Positions 62,606-64,000 of a stretch of DNA of 64,000 bases are shown here, in pieces. The stretch spans positions 64,001 to 128,000 of the forward strand of contig CAWIEK010000002.1 of assembly GCA_963835065.1 (NCBI GenBank). The letters are read 5' to 3'. Below the pieces are notes generated by a model, which did not search any database, was not told the origin of the DNA, and saw only the letters and a list, made by a program, of their open reading frames with translations. A program made the position numbers and the translations under genes. Position 1 is the first letter of the stretch; each line of letters opens with the position of its first letter. The DNA is from an uncultured Chthonomonadaceae bacterium. Lineage in GTDB: Bacteria > Armatimonadota > Chthonomonadetes > Chthonomonadales > Chthonomonadaceae.

Positions 62606-64000
62606 CTATACTCCTGCCTTCGGCTGTATGAGTTCCGTGTACAGTTTCTGCTGCGTGAGAAGCATTTCCTGATAACGGGCGTGGAAGTTAGTGTTGGGCG
62701 CGAACGTCTGTCCTAGCCGCGCTTCCGCTTCCGTAAGCGAGGGCAGCAATCCTACCCCTTCTAAGGCGAGCAGGGCCGCGCCCCGGCTGCTCGCTTCGGC
62801 TTCCAGAGCGAGCGTTAAAGGCTGCCCGATGGCGTCCGCCACAATCTGCGCCCATGCGGGCGAACGGCTGAACACGCCGCCGGACGCAATGATCTCTTCG
62901 GTTTGGGGAAACACGTCGCGCAAGCGCTGCGCGGCAAGGGCAAACCGCAGGGCAATGCCTTCCATGCAGGCGCGGACGATTTCGGCGGGATGGGTGTCCC
63001 AATTCATGCCGATTAACGAGGCGCGGGCGTCCGGGTTCCAGCCCAAACCCCGTTCGCCTGCCAGAAACGGCAGATACGTCAGGCCGGACGCGCCCGGTTC
63101 CATGGGCGCGATCTGCGTTTCCAATTCGTCGGCAGACGGCAACTGCAAGGTGCGATTCAGCCATTGGTACACATTGCCGCCGTCGCTGAACGCGGTTCCC
63201 ATGAGGGGGCGGCGCGTGTCCACCCGGTAGCGCCAAAGCCCGGACGGCGTGACCAATTGCGGCGCGTGAACCGTCGTCTGCTGATGGTCGGCGGATACCA
63301 CCGGAGCCGGGTCTTCCTGCCACAAAGCGCGAATCGCCCCGGACGTGCCTAAATTGATGGCGAAGCGGGCGGGCGTCAGGCAGCCGCTCCCCGCATTGCC
63401 GCAGGCTCCATCCCCCACCGCCGGTAAAAACGGCGCGTCCTTCAAGGCAGGCCATTTTTGCGCCCATTCGCCCTGCAAGCCCTGCGCGTGTTCGGTCAGG
63501 TTGACAACAGGCGCGAGGGTTTCCGGCGCAATGCCTAATTCATTCAGGGTTTCCGTATCCCATTGGCACTGCTGTTGATTGTACAGCCCCGTTCCCGACG
63601 CCATTGAAACCGACACCTGCCGCGCCTCCGGGCCGAACCAGCAGCCGTACAAATACTCGCTCGGCGAGGCCCACCGCGCCACCCGGTCATACAACTCGCG
63701 CTGCGTTTCCCGCAGCCACACCAGGCGGGCGGGATAGTAGGAGGAGTGCAGGATGCAGCCCGTGCGCTGATGAATGGCATGGGCGTCCAAATCCCGGCGC
63801 AAGCGCTGCGCGACGGCGGCAGAGCGCTGGTCGGCCCAATTGTAAATGGGCGTAATCGGGGTTCCGTCCGCATCCAGCCCGACAACGCTATGCCAGAAGG
63901 CGGAAATGCCCACGCACTGAATCGCGCCCGCCCTGTCCCCCATTTGCGCAAGCGCCTGATCCAGGCAGTCGCCCACATGATGCAAAAACTCTTCGGCAGG
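62606..64000 (-). CDS. gntK: FGGY-family gluconokinase, 5' end outside window
   Basis: WHS, WAD.R, RTG...H..Y, S.S.ASGTG, GDGA..N.GSG, GTSGA.R, PFLAGER..GW; frame open to 64000. Confidence 0.88.
   Translation of the reverse strand, partial: PAEEFLHHVGDCLDQALAQMGDRAGAIQCVGISAFWHSVVGLDADGTPITPIYNWADQRSAAVAQRLRRDLDAHAIHQRTGCILHSSYYPARLVWLRETQRELYDRVARWASPSEYLYGCWFGPEARQVSVSMASGTGLYNQQQCQWDTETLNELGIAPETLAPVVNLTEHAQGLQGEWAQKWPALKDAPFLPAVGDGACGNAGSGCLTPARFAINLGTSGAIRALWQEDPAPVVSADHQQTTVHAPQLVTPSGLWRYRVDTRRPLMGTAFSDGGNVYQWLNRTLQLPSADELETQIAPMEPGASGLTYLPFLAGERGLGWNPDARASLIGMNWDTHPAEIVRACMEGIALRFALAAQRLRDVFPQTEEIIASGGVFSRSPAWAQIVADAIGQPLTLALEAEASSRGAALLALEGVGLLPSLTEAEARLGQTFAPNTNFHARYQEMLLTQQKLYTELIQPKAGV

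Overview
A GC-rich bacterial chromosomal window. Gene content (GFTLVELL pilin, DUF1800/DUF1501, HEAT-like membrane protein, KpsF/KdsD, Rsb-type signalling) suggests a diderm Terrabacteria lineage such as Armatimonadota; this is an inference. Most of it is housekeeping or metabolic (glmS, recO, galK, metF, gntK, ABC transporters, glycosyltransferases). Four things stand out. (1) A compact CRISPR satellite at 27.0-30.4 kb: a Cas1 C-terminal remnant, a leader with a near-consensus sigma70 promoter, a 4-repeat/3-spacer array and a terminator. Convergent to it is a cas6 - csx15 - TM+CARF (Cam1-like) operon, with no Cas10/Csm/Cmr in the window. cas6 is out of frame across a (GAAAATC)4 tract. (2) A pervasive family of 7-8 nt tandem-repeat modules, often in inverted pairs, that also sit in frame inside proteins: twice in GlmS, and in an M28 peptidase, ABC subunits, Cas6 and RsbW. 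One ~66-nt composite module recurs in the same reading frame in two unrelated genes. (3) Several REP/REPIN-like palindromic element families with no transposase in the window. (4) A stand-alone promoter + strong SD + 11-codon ORF + structured tail unit at 5.46-5.68 kb, and tandem Tat-exported ferritin-like paralogs, one with a metal-ligand Glu->Cys change. About ten apparent single-base frameshifts, many in homopolymers, indicate probable sequencing or assembly indels, so all frameshift-based claims need read-level checking. No rRNA or tRNA was recognised. All product calls come from recognising motifs by eye, not from database searches.
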